64,000 bases of DNA from Sphagnum compactum (Eukaryota). Numbering within the stretch: position 1 is the first letter of the stretch; each line of letters starts with the position of its first letter. Location of the stretch: the NCBI GenBank assembly GCA_965153455.1, contig OZ234494.1, forward strand, positions 6,696,001-6,760,000, given 5' to 3'. Both the position numbers and the translations under genes were made by a program. A model generated the notes under the pieces. That model had not been told where the DNA came from. It searched no databases and saw only the letters and a list, made by a program, of their open reading frames with translations. This document shows, piece by piece, positions 12,901 through 26,458 of the stretch.

Positions 12901-14629
12901 AACTCCATTCCCAAGATGCAATCCATTCCACCCAAGGTGGAAACCAGCAAGTCCAGCTTAACTTACCTAGGTTAGGCTAGGTTGACTTTTGGCTACACTA
13001 GCTACATGGGCTAAACTAGGTTGACTTTTGATCATGTGAAATGACTTATAACGTGTTTATAGATTTTTGACACATGTCATCCATCCATGAATGCATCTTT
13101 TGTAACATCTAGTCGAATAAAACGACTAAGTTGAATGGCATGCAATTTACACGTCATACCAAAGTTAATAATGATATGGAATTTCATTATTATAAAAAAA
13201 ATTAAATTGAATGTCCCTTGTGAAGTTTACAATATCTCTTTGAACTTTGGAGGTAATTAAACAATGAAGAAGCAAGGATTTTAGGCTTCAAATGCTTACC
13301 TTGTCAAATCAAACTTTGCATTGGCGATTAGTTCGGTAAAGCCTGTGGTCTTCAAAATTGGATGTATACTTACATGTTGTGGTGAATTTTTGGTTGCTTT
13401 CCAAGTCTGGAAAGGATTTGTTTGGGTTCTTGGGTTGTTTCCTACTCCTACAAGCCCCCATGTTTGCTTGTTCTTTACCATGTTCTTCTGGGTCGCAATG
13501 CATTTGCCACAAGTTCTTGTTAGGAACCACTTAGTCCAATGAGGGGGGGTTTTTAAGCCAATTTTTCTTCAGTGTGGTGTTTTTGAATGGTAAAAAAAAC
13601 CTGATTCAGGTTTTCCTAGCATGGCCAGAATCCAGGGATTTTTTTCTTTTTAAATAATTGCCAGATTTTCATATTAAGTTCCAATAGGGTAGCAAAACAT
13701 GCAGAAGGATGGTTTTTTTTTCTTAAAAAAAAGAAAGATTCTTCTTAATTTTCTTAAGGATGATCACTGCTTGAAAGTTCAATCACATTACAAAATTGAT
13801 AATAATAATAATAAGAATAATAATACTAAAGTCCCTGGTCATATAATTTGGGGAAACGTGAAGAGAGCTGAAGGTGTTCTCACATCACCTTATTACTCTT
13901 ATGTTATTATCACTATGTAACTTTATTATCACTATGTAACCTTTTTATTGGAGAATTGAGAATGGTTAGAAATCTAAGGTTAAGGTTATTTTGAAATTCG
14001 ATTACCATGATTGATGAAATTTTCCAATTTAAAACTCAAAATAGATGAAGGTTTTTCATTCATTCAAATTGTCTTTCAAAACAAAAGGATTTTGAAGTTG
14101 GTCCAAACTGATACTATTTGAAGGGTGCATGAAATGTTTTTCTGAAATCTTGCATTACATGAACTTATGTGCAATATCATGTTGCAATCCATGAAGGCTT
14201 TTGTCCTTTATTTGGATTTAGGGGGACAATTCAACTTTAATAGGTAGTTCATGTTCTTCTTTTATCTAAAGTCCTAGGTTTTTTTCTTTATTCTATTTAG
14301 ATGCCATGTCATTGGATGAAATTTTTCATCCATATCTTAAGAAGATTATGGAATTCTACACAATTACTAAACAATTGTGAAAGAGGACACCCTCCCTTCT
14401 TTCTATCTTAAGTTATTTGTTATTGTTTAGAGTAAAGGTTGGTGAAGGGTAAAGAAAAACCCAATGTTTGTGAATGAAGGTTTGTATCAAACAAAAGTGT
14501 TGTGCTAATCTTTGTTAATTAATAATAAAAAGTTGCTTCCCCACTTAATGGATTAGATTGTTTTAGCACAAAGCATACATGGCCTGAAGTTTGAACAAGT
14601 GAAGAAAAAAAAATTCCACTTATTGGTTG

Positions 14630-14945
14630 CAGTGTTTTTTTGTTTTTTGTTTTTTCAATTTTCGCATGTCACAACCAAAGTGACAACAAGCCATAAGAGG
14701 ATTTAGCTAAATGTGGCTACAATACAAGACAAATAGAGAAGGAGAATTTTTTTTAAATCCAACTATATAGTGGCGACCTACTACAACATCTATCGAAATA
14801 TGGCTATTTTTTAGAAAAATTGCTAAAAATTCACCCAAATCTTTCAAAAAAAAGGTGACAATTCAAAAATCCTTTGAACCATGTTGCTAAGCCTTAAAAA
14901 AATTCACAAAATGGCGAAAAGAATTCGCCACAAAAAAAATCACTG
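14630..14945. mobile_element. hAT-type MITE with CAGTG...CACTG termini
   Basis: Starts cagtgttttt and ends aaaaaatcactg. It is flanked by attggttg / atgggttg (7/8 match, 8-bp TSD) and shares internal motifs with the copy at 35523-35822. Confidence 0.7.
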
Positions 14946-17900
14946 ATGGGTTGACAATTGAGAGTGGTGCTACCTAAAGTTCATGGTTGTGAACTTGATA
15001 TTCTGTATAATCCCTCACAGTGGATTCTGCCGAGCAAGCAATCACTAGGGAAGCCTGGTGGCTGCAATGACAGAATTATGGCCACCAAGTTACCATTCCT
15101 TGGCATAAAGAGCTGAAGGAACCAACTCCCAAACAAGTGTGTTTCCTCTGATGGCCGATTCCGCTTGGAGAATCAGGCTATAGGGACCACGTAATCATCC
15201 CCTTTTCTATATACAATTTTAGTGAAAGCATATACACAAACCTCATATTTTCACAATGCAATGTAATGTCGGAGGAGGTGGACACTTGAGAGCCTCACCT
15301 CAAAGGAGAAATTAGTGGGGTTGAAGCTTCCAAAATCAAAGGAATTTTGGCTTAGGTTTTTAAGTACTCAATGGGTATTAAGCATAGGTTTTTAGCCTCT
15401 CAAAATTGGGTATCATCTTGTAGGCTTGAAGGGAGTTGTAAAATAATGGGTTTAAACTTTACACTTAGTCAAGTTGAGATGCATAATTTAAATTTAATGT
15501 ATTAGGTTTTTATACATTCATAGGCTGAAAACATTTGATTGTTAACCTTATTTTGATTTAACTAGGCAATGTGTTTGAGTTTCATGGAAGTGGTTTTTGC
15601 ACTTAGATTATATGGACTAAGATGAAAACTCAAGTTATGTAGTTAGGGTTAAAACTCACATATGGATGTTTAGGTCTTTGTGATTCCATTTGCATCTACA
15701 AACCATTAATCCTCAGGGCCTTGACATAATGAACAAAAAGCCCTTCTCACATTTGTAATCCAAGGTTCTTCAAGTTTCTTTTATCAGGTCATGAATTGGT
15801 GCATGTTATTTAATGCTTTAGTTTGTAACCATATACCATAGTTCCTTGGTAGCTTTGACATCAATTATATTATTTTCGAAAATGTTAATACTTTTCAGAA
15901 AAAAACCCAAGGTGAAAATAAAATTTATAAAATTTATAAATATAATATTTGTCAACACAAAATATTCAAACTGAAAAATAAAATTGAAATGTTGGTGCTA
16001 CAGTCAGGGACTAACAACCTTGTACATTTTGTTTGCTTTACTCTTTACCTATATTTGAAAGATTTTGTGTGATGCATTAACATGGTGTTATTTTTTAAAC
16101 AAGATACATGACATGTGAAAACATGAGTTCCTCAAATCTTTACTTGTGAATTGCATAATAACACTTTTATTTAATTTTTCTCCATGTGGATTTTCCACTC
16201 AAGAAATTTTCTTATATTCCTAGTGGATAGTTATTAGTTAAGCATATGAAATGATAATATATACACAAGGATTGATTTTATTCAACTTTGATGTTGTTCA
16301 TGGAAATTTTGGATTTTCAATGCAGGCCTTTTAACAAACTACATGTAATTTTCTAGCAATTGTACTTTTGCAAATTTTTCATTATGCAAAACTATCCATA
16401 TTCATTTTTGAGTTTGTATTTGGATATGTGAAGTTTCATAGTTTCCGACAAAAGAAATTGGGAATTTTTTTGTTTTTTATGTATATTCTACTAATTTTGC
16501 TAATTTTTTGTTCAATTTCACCAAAATTTTGATATCAAAAAATGAAAAATAAATAAAACCTAGAGCTCATATGTAAACTAGAAATTAAAATTTATCTATT
16601 TTAAAGTATGGCCTAGAGGTACGAGTGGAAAAATCCAAGTGTATTGGAACTTTTAACACATTATAATAATTCTCCCCAAAAAAAACCACATTCAAGTTTA
16701 ATTCACCGTGGAATGCTTGAATATTCATTGTGATTGAAAACTACCTAAGCATGTTCAACACTGGTTGGAAGGTAAAATAATTTGAAATGTTGAACTAAAA
16801 CTATTAGTTTTGTCACACGATGTTTAATCTTGAAACTAAATTCAAAGTTCAATGAATCTTGGTGTAGAAAATTGATATTATAAATGAAGTATATTTATAA
16901 AATCTTAACAATAAATATCAGTGATTCCTTCCTCTCATTCCCCAACTTGTTACATGTTCAACCCCACATTTGATCAAATCTATTATAGTTCAAAGAGTGC
17001 ACCACATTGCAAAGGTATTCCAGATTTATTATTGGTCGTGACATTTAAATGGAATAAAGCATTATATTGATGCAATATATTGGGTTGTAGTGATATTTGA
17101 ATATTAGCTCACCAAATTAGGTTAAACACATATGTTGGTGTTGGGAACCTTTTCAAAGGCTTTTAACAATGAAATGTTTTTGCAAATATTGCTTAAAAAT
17201 CATCAACACATTATGAACAAGAAATGTTGACCATTAAAAATGATGACACATTTGTATTTTACACCAATTCTCATATTAAACTCCATTTATTTTTATTATT
17301 GTGAAATTGAAAATTCTTGTACTAGGAATGAAATTAAAATGCAATGCATAGCATAAAAAGGACTTTTACATATTCTCATTATCATATGTCACAAAGATGA
17401 AGTCTGAAAGCTTTAAACAATGAATTTCATTTGTCAAGTATATTTTCATTCATTGTAGTTTGCATGATCAAAGTTTGTTCTACATATCACACTTACATAA
17501 GGAACAACAAGGTATTGGAATGGGGTGAATATTTTGAATGGAAAAAAGGAAGCAAAAGTAATGAAACCCTATTTTTCTAAACAAATTCTTGAGACTTTTT
17601 AATGTAATAATTTTGTGCACTTCAACAATGATTTCTCACCCATATTTTCTTGTCACCAAATTTCACCCATGGTGTATTAGTATATCCATTCACAACCAAC
17701 GGATGTTCTCAGAATTGTGAACAAACCAACAAGCTATGGAAAGTTGATTGAAAACTAGAACATAATCTACCAATCATCACATGGAATGCCATTGGAAATG
17801 TGGGATCAAACATTACATAGGGAAAAAAATTGGAAGTTCAAAACTCACAACAAAAACAACCATTGGAGCTTGAAGAATGCCATGGAGAATCATTTTGGAA

Positions 17901-18176
17901 AGTTTTTTCAAGGAAGGATTGAAAACATCACTAGATATGTCATTGAAAACCTCGTATAAGAACACAAATTGTCAACATAAGTTGGGAATGCTTGGAAATG
18001 TTCATAAAATTCACAAATTGGAAGCATTGATTAATCTCAATAGGCGATAATCAATCTTTCAAATTTTTTGCCAAACGAAAAATTGAAATGAATCAATGAG
18101 GTGAATTATTAATTGTTTAATTAAGAGTTGATAAAAAAATATGCCAATAACTTTTTTTACCTCAATTGTCAACACT

Positions 18177-21100
18177 TCAACTTCGTACACTTGACACATC
18201 ACCATGAAAAACTTGCTTGAGTAGCCCATTGATTTCATCTTGGTGTTGTTTGACAACAAACCAAATTTCAGTTATGCGCTCCCTATTGCGTTGAACCATG
18301 TAATTGATTCCCTCATCATATGTTTTTTTCCTAAGTGCCTCTTCAGCTTTAACTTTCCCGTCTTCCTACAAGGCATTCATTGCAAGAGGAAAATTTTGTG
18401 AATTGAGTTTGGTTAGTCATCACTTGTTCATAAGGAAATGAAACTAAAACTTGTTCAACATGACTTCTACAATATTATAAAAGTCAAATTTGAAGTTTTA
18501 ATATAACATTGGGTTCCATATTCAAATACCCATTGTTTAATAAGGTTTAAGGTTTAGGGTTACACTACAACCTAAGTTACATCCAAATGTCAAACATTTT
18601 GTATATGACATGCATAAATCATGGTGGAAGAGAATCTATCAAATCTCTAGCATAAAAAATTATGGAGATTGGAGCATTCCAATCCATTTAACATTTGTGG
18701 ACCAAAAACAACCACCTTATCTCCATAACCATACAAAAGAATGATATAGCTCAAGAAACGATTGTTGATATGTTACATTTATTTTCCACATGTATATTCC
18801 CCAAATTGGAGACTTGGTAGGTGTTAGAGTTCAATGTTCCATTTATTTGAACAAAACATTGCAAACCATTGACAAGATGGACTAGAAATCAAATTTGATT
18901 GAATGTGTTCAAGCATTTACAGCTATATCCATGCTTAGTCCATGTGCATCTTTTGATGCTTGAATGGCATTATTAAACACCTCTTTGTCACTAAGGAGCT
19001 GCACAAGTCCAATTTAAACTCTTTATGTATAATTTTTGCATCCTTCAAAATCAAATACATAAAAAAGAAATGGACATCCAAATTGATGAAAACAATGGTG
19101 GGTCCAAATTTTTTAAGGTGTACTAAAATCTTGTCACAACATCACCATTTTCTATCTTTTTTACCTAGTCATTTTTACCATGTAAAAACACATTTATGGT
19201 GATTAAATGATGGAATCTATAATTGTAATGGTTTAAAATATAGTCCTTTTGAAATATTTGACAACTTTTGACTCATTATTTTTTATGGGGATCAAAATGT
19301 AGGGTAAAAAAGGACTACAAAAAAGACTAGGCCCTTTTTGTTATGTGTGGTACACCTTAAAAGATTTTCCCCCTGATAATCAACTTGTTTAAATTAAATG
19401 ACCCTTAGCAACATCTCCAAATATAGGTCTTCATTCCCCTTTCACCACATATTGACATGGAAGGCTTTATCACTAGGATTTTTTCCATATTAGCTAACCA
19501 ATGAATTTCAATAGTATTTCACTAATGGAAAAAGCCAATCCCACCCCCCTTGGACAAAAATATAAAAAGAAAATAAGAAACATATTACCCAGCTACTTAA
19601 ATAGCTTAGAGAACACCCCCAAAAAAAATGCAAAGTATGGAATTTGTTACCATCCTTGCCCCTTCATCATCGACATCATCTTCAATACCCATGGTTGCAA
19701 ATTGGTCAATAAGAAGTGATGATGTTGCAGATAACACTTCAGAATATCGATTCTCTGCCATTCTCAATGCCCCGAAAGTGGGTATGTTGTCAAAGACTCC
19801 CTTTTAAAAAAACATGAAAATACTTAGACATATGTTGTCGTTCATAACTCCAAACTCATAATTTTTTTTCCACCAATGCATTTCCTCATAATTATTTTTA
19901 ATTCTTCAAAGCTTGCCACAAACTAGAAGGATCAGGAAAACAAAAAGAAAAAAAAAGGATATAAATTTGCAAAGTGCCCCTTTGCAGCATCAATTGTTGT
20001 AAAAAAGTTTTCCTCGAATTCATTCCACAACAACTATAGAACACCCACAAAAAATCAAATTTGTGTAGTACACACATTCACATCCAATGTATGTATATAT
20101 ATAACATGTTGGATTGACAACACATAGATAACTATTTAGAGCAAGAAGGTTCTAGGTTTGAAAAGATATAAAAACACCCAAATTGTGTAGCAAGATCCTA
20201 ATGATTTCGGTTTGATCAAGTGTTGGTTATTGAATTCCAAAATATTGTTAGCAAATTAAGACAAGCCTTTGAAAAATATAAAAACCTAAAAGGACATGGG
20301 ACAAAATGTTTTTACATTGAGTTCACAATATGTCTCGCCTTCAATTTCAAAAAGCTTTTCTTGGAGTTGTGTACAATCATCCAATAGTTCATTGAGCTTA
20401 AGCTCAGCAGTGGTACGGTCTTGGAGACATTCCTCAAAGATCTGTAAATAGTATTAGAAAATTACACTTTCATACAACATGTATGAAATGGAGGAGGAGG
20501 TATCAAAAAAAGTTCAAAAGTTGATATGTCTTCCATGATGGAAAAGAAAAAGAGGAATCATGATTACTAAAAGGGAAAATGAAAGAAACCCAAAAGTAAT
20601 GAAAAGTTAACTTTTGTAAAGAAAGAAAGTTTCACAATCATAAAATCCAAACCATAAATTTTTTTTTCATGATATATATATTAGAATGAAAGCTTAAACT
20701 ACCTGTTTTTTTTTCTTATGTAGAGTTCTACAAAGAGCACGACCTTTGTTGTCTCGTCTCTTCAACACCCCTTCCACAGCTAACTTGTGAAGCATTTTTT
20801 CTCGCTCTCGTGTATTATGGATTGCTACAATAGCACTTTTGACCTCCTCGGCCACGATCAAAAATCTTTCTTTATATCTAATTAATTTTTTCAGGAAATA
20901 GGTGATGGGGCGTTGGTCATTCATGTTCATTTCCAATCTCATAAAACCGAACCCAAAACACCAATATCAAAGAAATTTTGTTTGCAAGACAATTTTAACA
21001 TGATGGAAAAGGAAGAACAATCTTTTTATGCAAAAGTAGTTGAGCTACTTCAAGATATCCCTTTTCGTAACTCCACACTCCCATTGAAAATGCACTCTTC

Positions 21101-24047
21101 AAATGTTTGTTCATTTAAATTTTCCAAACTCTTAATATACAATAGAAAGAGGATACTCAACTAATGCTTCAATCATCAAATTGGGTACTACTACAAGCTT
21201 TTGGTGATCAACATCAGTTTTCAACATCATGTCCAAAAAGTCATCAATTCCCAACAAATTTGCTTTCTGCAAGCAAAGATAACAAGAAAAAAATCATAAC
21301 CAAACTAAAAAATATATGGACAAACATGTTCTCAAAGAACTACCAATGATTTTGTTGTTTTAGAATATAATTTTTCTTACAAAAATCTGTCTAAAAACAA
21401 TTCCACCAATGCTTGTGTGTGACCCTGCAAATTAAAATTGGATGAATAAAATTCAATGCATATTGGTTTGGCTTAGCAAAATGATTTTGGCCCAACATTT
21501 TTGTGCAATTTGTTGAAGCTAGTAAAAGGTATAGCAAAGCCTAACACTTTTTAGCGAAGAGTGTAATAAATATAATCTAATTAAGGATCCTTAAATTTTA
21601 CTAGTCAATCATAATGATTACTCTACATGTTTTGCTATTAGGAATCTCCCACCTATTTGCATTCCCAATTTTAGTTTTATTGTGGGGTTGGAAAAATATA
21701 AATAATTAAACTAGGATGTGGAATATGTTTATAGGGTCACATACTAAGCATGATAGTAAAATGGAATTAATCATCAAGTAACAATGTGGTAATGTTTGTT
21801 AGTGACTCACTTCAAAAAGGACTTTCTCAATCTCTTTGAGGTTGCGCTCTTTCCAAGCAATCTCCTCTTTCTTTTCTTTGTCTTTCAACTCTTGAAGTGC
21901 ATCTTGGTATTGTTCCCTTGCTTGTTTCAACTACATAATGCCAAAGTTGGTCACTTTCAAACCAATCCCTTGGTTCATGTTTTTGATTGTAGGATAAAAG
22001 GCACAAAAGAAAGGCAATGTCATCATGTAAGATCACCAAAAATAGCCAGAATGGGGATGTCACATGAGTTGACAAAAAAGTTCAATTATCTTCCTCAACC
22101 CGCAATGCAAGATATAACAAGCAAAAGGTGTTGTAGGCCTATGTATGTCTACCAAGTTTGCAAAAACAAGGTGATGATCAAGGTACAACAACACCCGCAT
22201 GTATGCTATGGTGTACAATTTATATTCTGGATCCTACACAACAAAACACAAGTATGAACATATTCGCAACATAAGTAATTCATGTCTTGTGATCAACTAT
22301 AAGCAAAATTGCAACCAAGTACACAAAAAATCTAACCACATTTGTCAACCAACAAAAAATGACATGAACACTAATGTGATGGCATTAGTTGCAATAAATG
22401 AAAATACCAATAATGACAACAAATCAAAAACAATGCATGTTACCTTGCACAGAGGATTGCCTTCAAGACAAAGTAATCGTAAATTTCGAAATTGTCGAAG
22501 ATAGAAGACCTATGTGCACAACAAATAATCCATGATGTTGTTCAATTGTTTTTGAAAAAAAACCTAACTACTACTTTCTTTAAAAAAATTCCATACACTA
22601 ATCTCCCAATGTTGATTTCCTTAACTTATGCAAATCTTAAAAGACTTTTGCACATGGAATAGGGGTCATGTTTATTTTTTTGTAGTAGTACTTTATCCAA
22701 GTCTTTGATTTCATTGTTCCCCAAAGATAAGGATGCAAGGTCTTCAAGAGTGTCAAGGCCCTCAATGGTTGTGAGTTTATTGTTGTAGAATGACAAGTCT
22801 ACAAGCTTTGTTAATTTGCTCACACCTTCAATTATTGTTATGTGGTTGAATGAAAGATCTGCACACATAGTATTATTCATTCATACCAAACCTTCAATGC
22901 CTTGTTGAAGGTCTTGTTGGATTTTAGATGAAGGTATAAGTTCTAACATCACCATCCATCCATCCATAGAAATGGGTTCTTTTTTTTGTCCCCAACATGA
23001 TTGGTTATAATAAGATCGATCTTGTTGCAATCTTGATTCCAATTAGCTAAGAAAATGTCTACAATTTTGGTGATCTATGAAAAAATTACAAATTCAGAAA
23101 AAAAAAACCCAAACTGAAGTGCACCACTCATAGTTGTCATACCAAGTTCAGTAAGAGTGATGAGATGATCAAGCTTCTCAATCTTGGTGAGGTTGTTGTT
23201 GTCCAATTGTAACTTCGTTAAGCTTTCAAAACCAACCAGATAGTCTATTTGTTTAATTCCTGCATAATTACAATGACTACCAAATTTACCTTTGTGAATT
23301 GAGGGCTTCCATTTTTTTGCAATTAAGCTAGTTTCATATTGTGAGCAAATGATCGCATAGTAAAGGCTTTGTGTTCACAACATTTATGAAATTAAATCCA
23401 TATAAAAAAATCATATTTTCTTCTTCTATGAAAGTGTTGTACCTACCGAATGTGATAAACAATCAACTATCTCAAAGCTCTTGTTGAACTTCTTTCTCAA
23501 ATGCGTTGTGTCAAGGGGTGAAAAAACGGGAAAAAACAAACCTCGAAAGGAAAATTGGAGCCAAGTAACAACTTTGAGAGGTAGAGATTTTCGTCGCTCT
23601 TCAAGACCCTCTCCTGATGTTCCTTCAATCTATGGAAGAAGTACCTCATCATACACACACATCACATCCTCAAGCCACTAAAAACCACCACCCACTGAGA
23701 TTATACAACAAAAAAAAACCACAAATTTTTTAAACCCTAATGTTCTCGAATGTGATGATTGATCATGGGATAACAACACATGCCCTAATCATTAAAATTT
23801 CTTATTCCAAATGTTTGTCATTGCTTATATGAGGAAAAAAATTATTTTGCAAATAGATGGGATTTTTTGTGCCCAAGATGAACAACATGCTCAAATCAAA
23901 TCTTATACCATACCAAGATAATCTCTGATTGAACATAAAACAAGCACAATTTGAAAATATATATATCACTTAAAGGCAAAAGATAATAAGAGGGCCTACA
24001 AGTATTGAAGAACGAAGGACATCAGTGGTGATTGCTTTGCCTTCCAT
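18177..24047 (-). CDS. DRC3: Dynein regulatory complex subunit 3 (leucine-rich repeat plus coiled coil; LRRC48 orthologue), 14 exons
   Basis: Spliced by hand with compatible phases: MEGKAITTDVLRSSIL|IEGTSG..WLQFSFR|GIKQIDYLVGFESLTKLQLDNNNLTKIEKLDHL..|DLSFNHITIIEG..LSLGNNEIKDLDK|VFYLRQFRNLRLLCLEGNPLCK|DPEYKLYTIAYMRVLLYLDH..|LKQAREQYQDALQELK..|KANLLGIDDFLDMM..|YKERF..|IFEEC..|LLWNEFE..ANF|FGALRMAENRY..|LLSDKEVFNNAIQASKDAH..|EDGKV..RNRERITEI..VRS*. The motifs match DRC3 as I recall it along the whole length. ATG at 24047, stop at 18177. Confidence 0.9.
19778..19962 (-). other. U12-type AT-AC intron in DRC3
   Basis: 5' splice site ATATCCTTT, branch-site-like TCTTTGAC about 12 nt from a terminal CAC, and no polypyrimidine tract. 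Removing it joins AAT TT|T TTC GGG in frame (N-F-F-G). Confidence 0.9.
20878..21156 (-). other. Probable U12-type GT-AG intron in DRC3
   Basis: 5' splice site GTATCCTCTT. The 3' end ttcctgaaaaaattaattag lacks a pyrimidine tract and has a weak U12-like branch site. The phase-2 join gives E-Y-K-E-R-F. Confidence 0.65.
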
Positions 24048-25020
24048 CTTTTTAAACTATATTGTTGGTCGGTCACACAAGCTAATTTTTTCCCCTGTCA
24101 TGACCATGAGGATCAAAGCATACCCCAAAAATTCATGTCATACAAAAACCCTAATTTTTTGTAGCACCAAATCTTCTTGTGAAAATAAATAAACTTGGTT
24201 TTATTTATGGATCTTCACCTCAGATGCAAATCATTAGTCTCTGGAAAATTGAACAATAAATAGAAACTTCCAAAAGTAATTCAAAGAAATAAATATAGAA
24301 AAGAAGAAAACAACATGGGAAGAAGGGGTTCTAAACACCAAACCAATGTTGTATAATTGCTTGCTTTCCTTTGAGTCCCTCCCTCCCCAAGTCTATCATT
24401 TTGAAGAAGAAACAAAATGGCTTGTCGTTGTTGCTATCTTGATAAAAATCTATACATGACAAATCAATAATGTGGAAATAGAAGGAGGAGGAGGAGGAGG
24501 AGGAGAAACTTTTAACATACATGGAGCTTGATAGAATTAATAGGAACTAAATTTGTTATATATATATATTTCTTTTGTTTAGTTCCCTTTGTAATTCGTT
24601 TGCATGTGGGATGGGAAAATGTTTCTACAAACTTTGCAATTATTGTTGTTGCAAGGAGAAGAATAACTAGTTTCACTTTGTTATGATGTTGAGCATGAAG
24701 AAGAGAAACAAAGCTTTAAAGATTCGGTTTTATCAAGAGAAAAAACATTTTTGATCATGATGATCTCACAACGACCCATGCATGTAAATCATATGCATTT
24801 GCAATTGTAATAGTATACATTACACAAAAACTTATTTAGCAAAATGGTGCGAAGTTTTGGATGAATTGTTGTGGGTAGGAAAGTGGGTGGTGATGTTCAA
24901 AATTTTAAGGCAAAATGGTTTTTTCAAATCATCATGATGATTTCATAATGACCCATGCATGTAAATCATGTCCATTGTAAATGGCAATAGTATCCATTAT
25001 CAAAAATCATTTAACAAAAT

Positions 25021-25428
25021 ATTCACCTCTCCTATTCATTAAATGATCCCATGAGGTGCCTCCCAATTTTAATTTCTTTTTTTGCAATGAGCCAACTTGA
25101 TTGGCCCATCATTAAAAAAAATGAAACTATGGAGGCTCCCCAAAATAAAAGGTTATTTCTTGAAGTATAGAGTTCCTCCCTTTTGGCCTACCTATATAGG
25201 TGAAAGGAGGACACCATTTGTCAAAGCATATGGGATAAAAGTGACGTACTATTGGGAATTTTTTGGGGAACATGTTAGGAGCTTGGGAACTCTTTGCTTT
25301 GACCGCCCCCCCCTAAAACCCACAAAGAAAAAAAGGATGCCTCTTCATTCAATGATGCAACATAATTGGTTGCCACTATTTTTGGCTTAAACTAATAGCC
25401 CTTCCTAAGAACACCCTACTTATTGGGT
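25021..25428. mobile_element. ~410-bp interspersed repeat inserted in a local duplication upstream of DRC3
   Basis: Interrupts the second copy of the 24754-24900 duplication. It shares cccaatttta..tttttgcaa..ttgattggccc with 31250-31445. Confidence 0.55.
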
Positions 25429-26458
25429 AAGTGCAAATTTTGGATGAATCAATGTGGGTGGGAAGTGGGTGGTGATGCTCATTAGAAACATTCTTTGGTA
25501 GACCTTTCATGACAAACCTTTTTAGAAACTAAAGTTTGTTTTTCATTATTGTTGATTTTAGATATATGATTCCAAAAAAATTGAATTATAGTTATTGATG
25601 AAAGTATGATCAATATTGTATCCAAATGAAACTAAGTGGTGATTTTCAAATATATGAATTTTTATAACTTTCTCAAGCTTGAGTACAAGCCTTTTTCCTA
25701 CATAATGCCACACTGGGTTTTTTAACCTTTTATTTAAGTTCATACATGTTTTTTTTTTTTTTTGTTCAATTTATTTATTATTATTATTTTTTGTGTGGTT
25801 GCAAAATTCTTACATTTTACAAAAACCTACTTGATTTGCATAATTTTTTCATTTTGGTGAATTTATTATTATTTTAATTTGTTCATGTTATTTGCAATAT
25901 GTTTTCTATTAAAAGAACACTATGAAAAGTTTATGTTCACAAAGTTTTGGGGGTGTTGTTTTTGAAATTTAATTCAAGAAAGAATTTAAGGTCACCAATT
26001 TTTTCATCCATTGAATTCAATATCGAGCTTGAATCCTTTGATGGTTTTTAAAATTGTTAACCTTTTAATCCTTTTTCTAATTTAATGTCTTCAATACCTT
26101 AAACTGACTACAAATTTGGTGTTGACAATCTTGTTTGGTGCACTAATGGATCTAATATCTATGTGTAGTGTTGTGATCAATCTTCTTTTGAATCGTCTCT
26201 TGATAAATTTCTTGTTGATTCCTCTAACTTACATCCCCAAACAAGTGTTCAATTGGCTGGGCAATTTTTCAACCCATACATTTAAAAAATATTGATGAGT
26301 TTGATGTTATTCCCAATTCCTAAACATCTAATTTTGTTTTAGATCCCAATTGTGATTCATTTCCTTTTAAACTTCATCTTGTTGTATTTATTATAGTATT
26401 CATGTTGTTTCTTCCACATTAAATTTTGTTATTCATTTGAACTTTAAAGCTTTTACAT

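Larger units (their letters stand above)
8110..12960 (-). mobile_element. 5'-truncated chromovirus-type Ty3/Gypsy LTR retrotransposon (protease end, RT, RNase H, integrase, chromodomain, 3' LTR)
   Basis: ORF 12759-12950 has DCILGMEF (end of aspartic protease). ORF 11235-12746 has RT ([20 protein letters not shown]) and RNase H ([15 protein letters not shown]). ORF 10853-11137 has the HHCC finger, ORF 10264-10896 the integrase core (SDRDPKF, PQTDGQTER) and ORF 9722-9928 a chromodomain. There are several frameshifts, and no gag or 5' LTR is visible. Confidence 0.95.

Noticed and set aside
15020..15190. GC-richer exon-like block with AG/GT borders
   Set aside because: It has stops in all three + frames and no recognisable homology, so I cannot support a gene.
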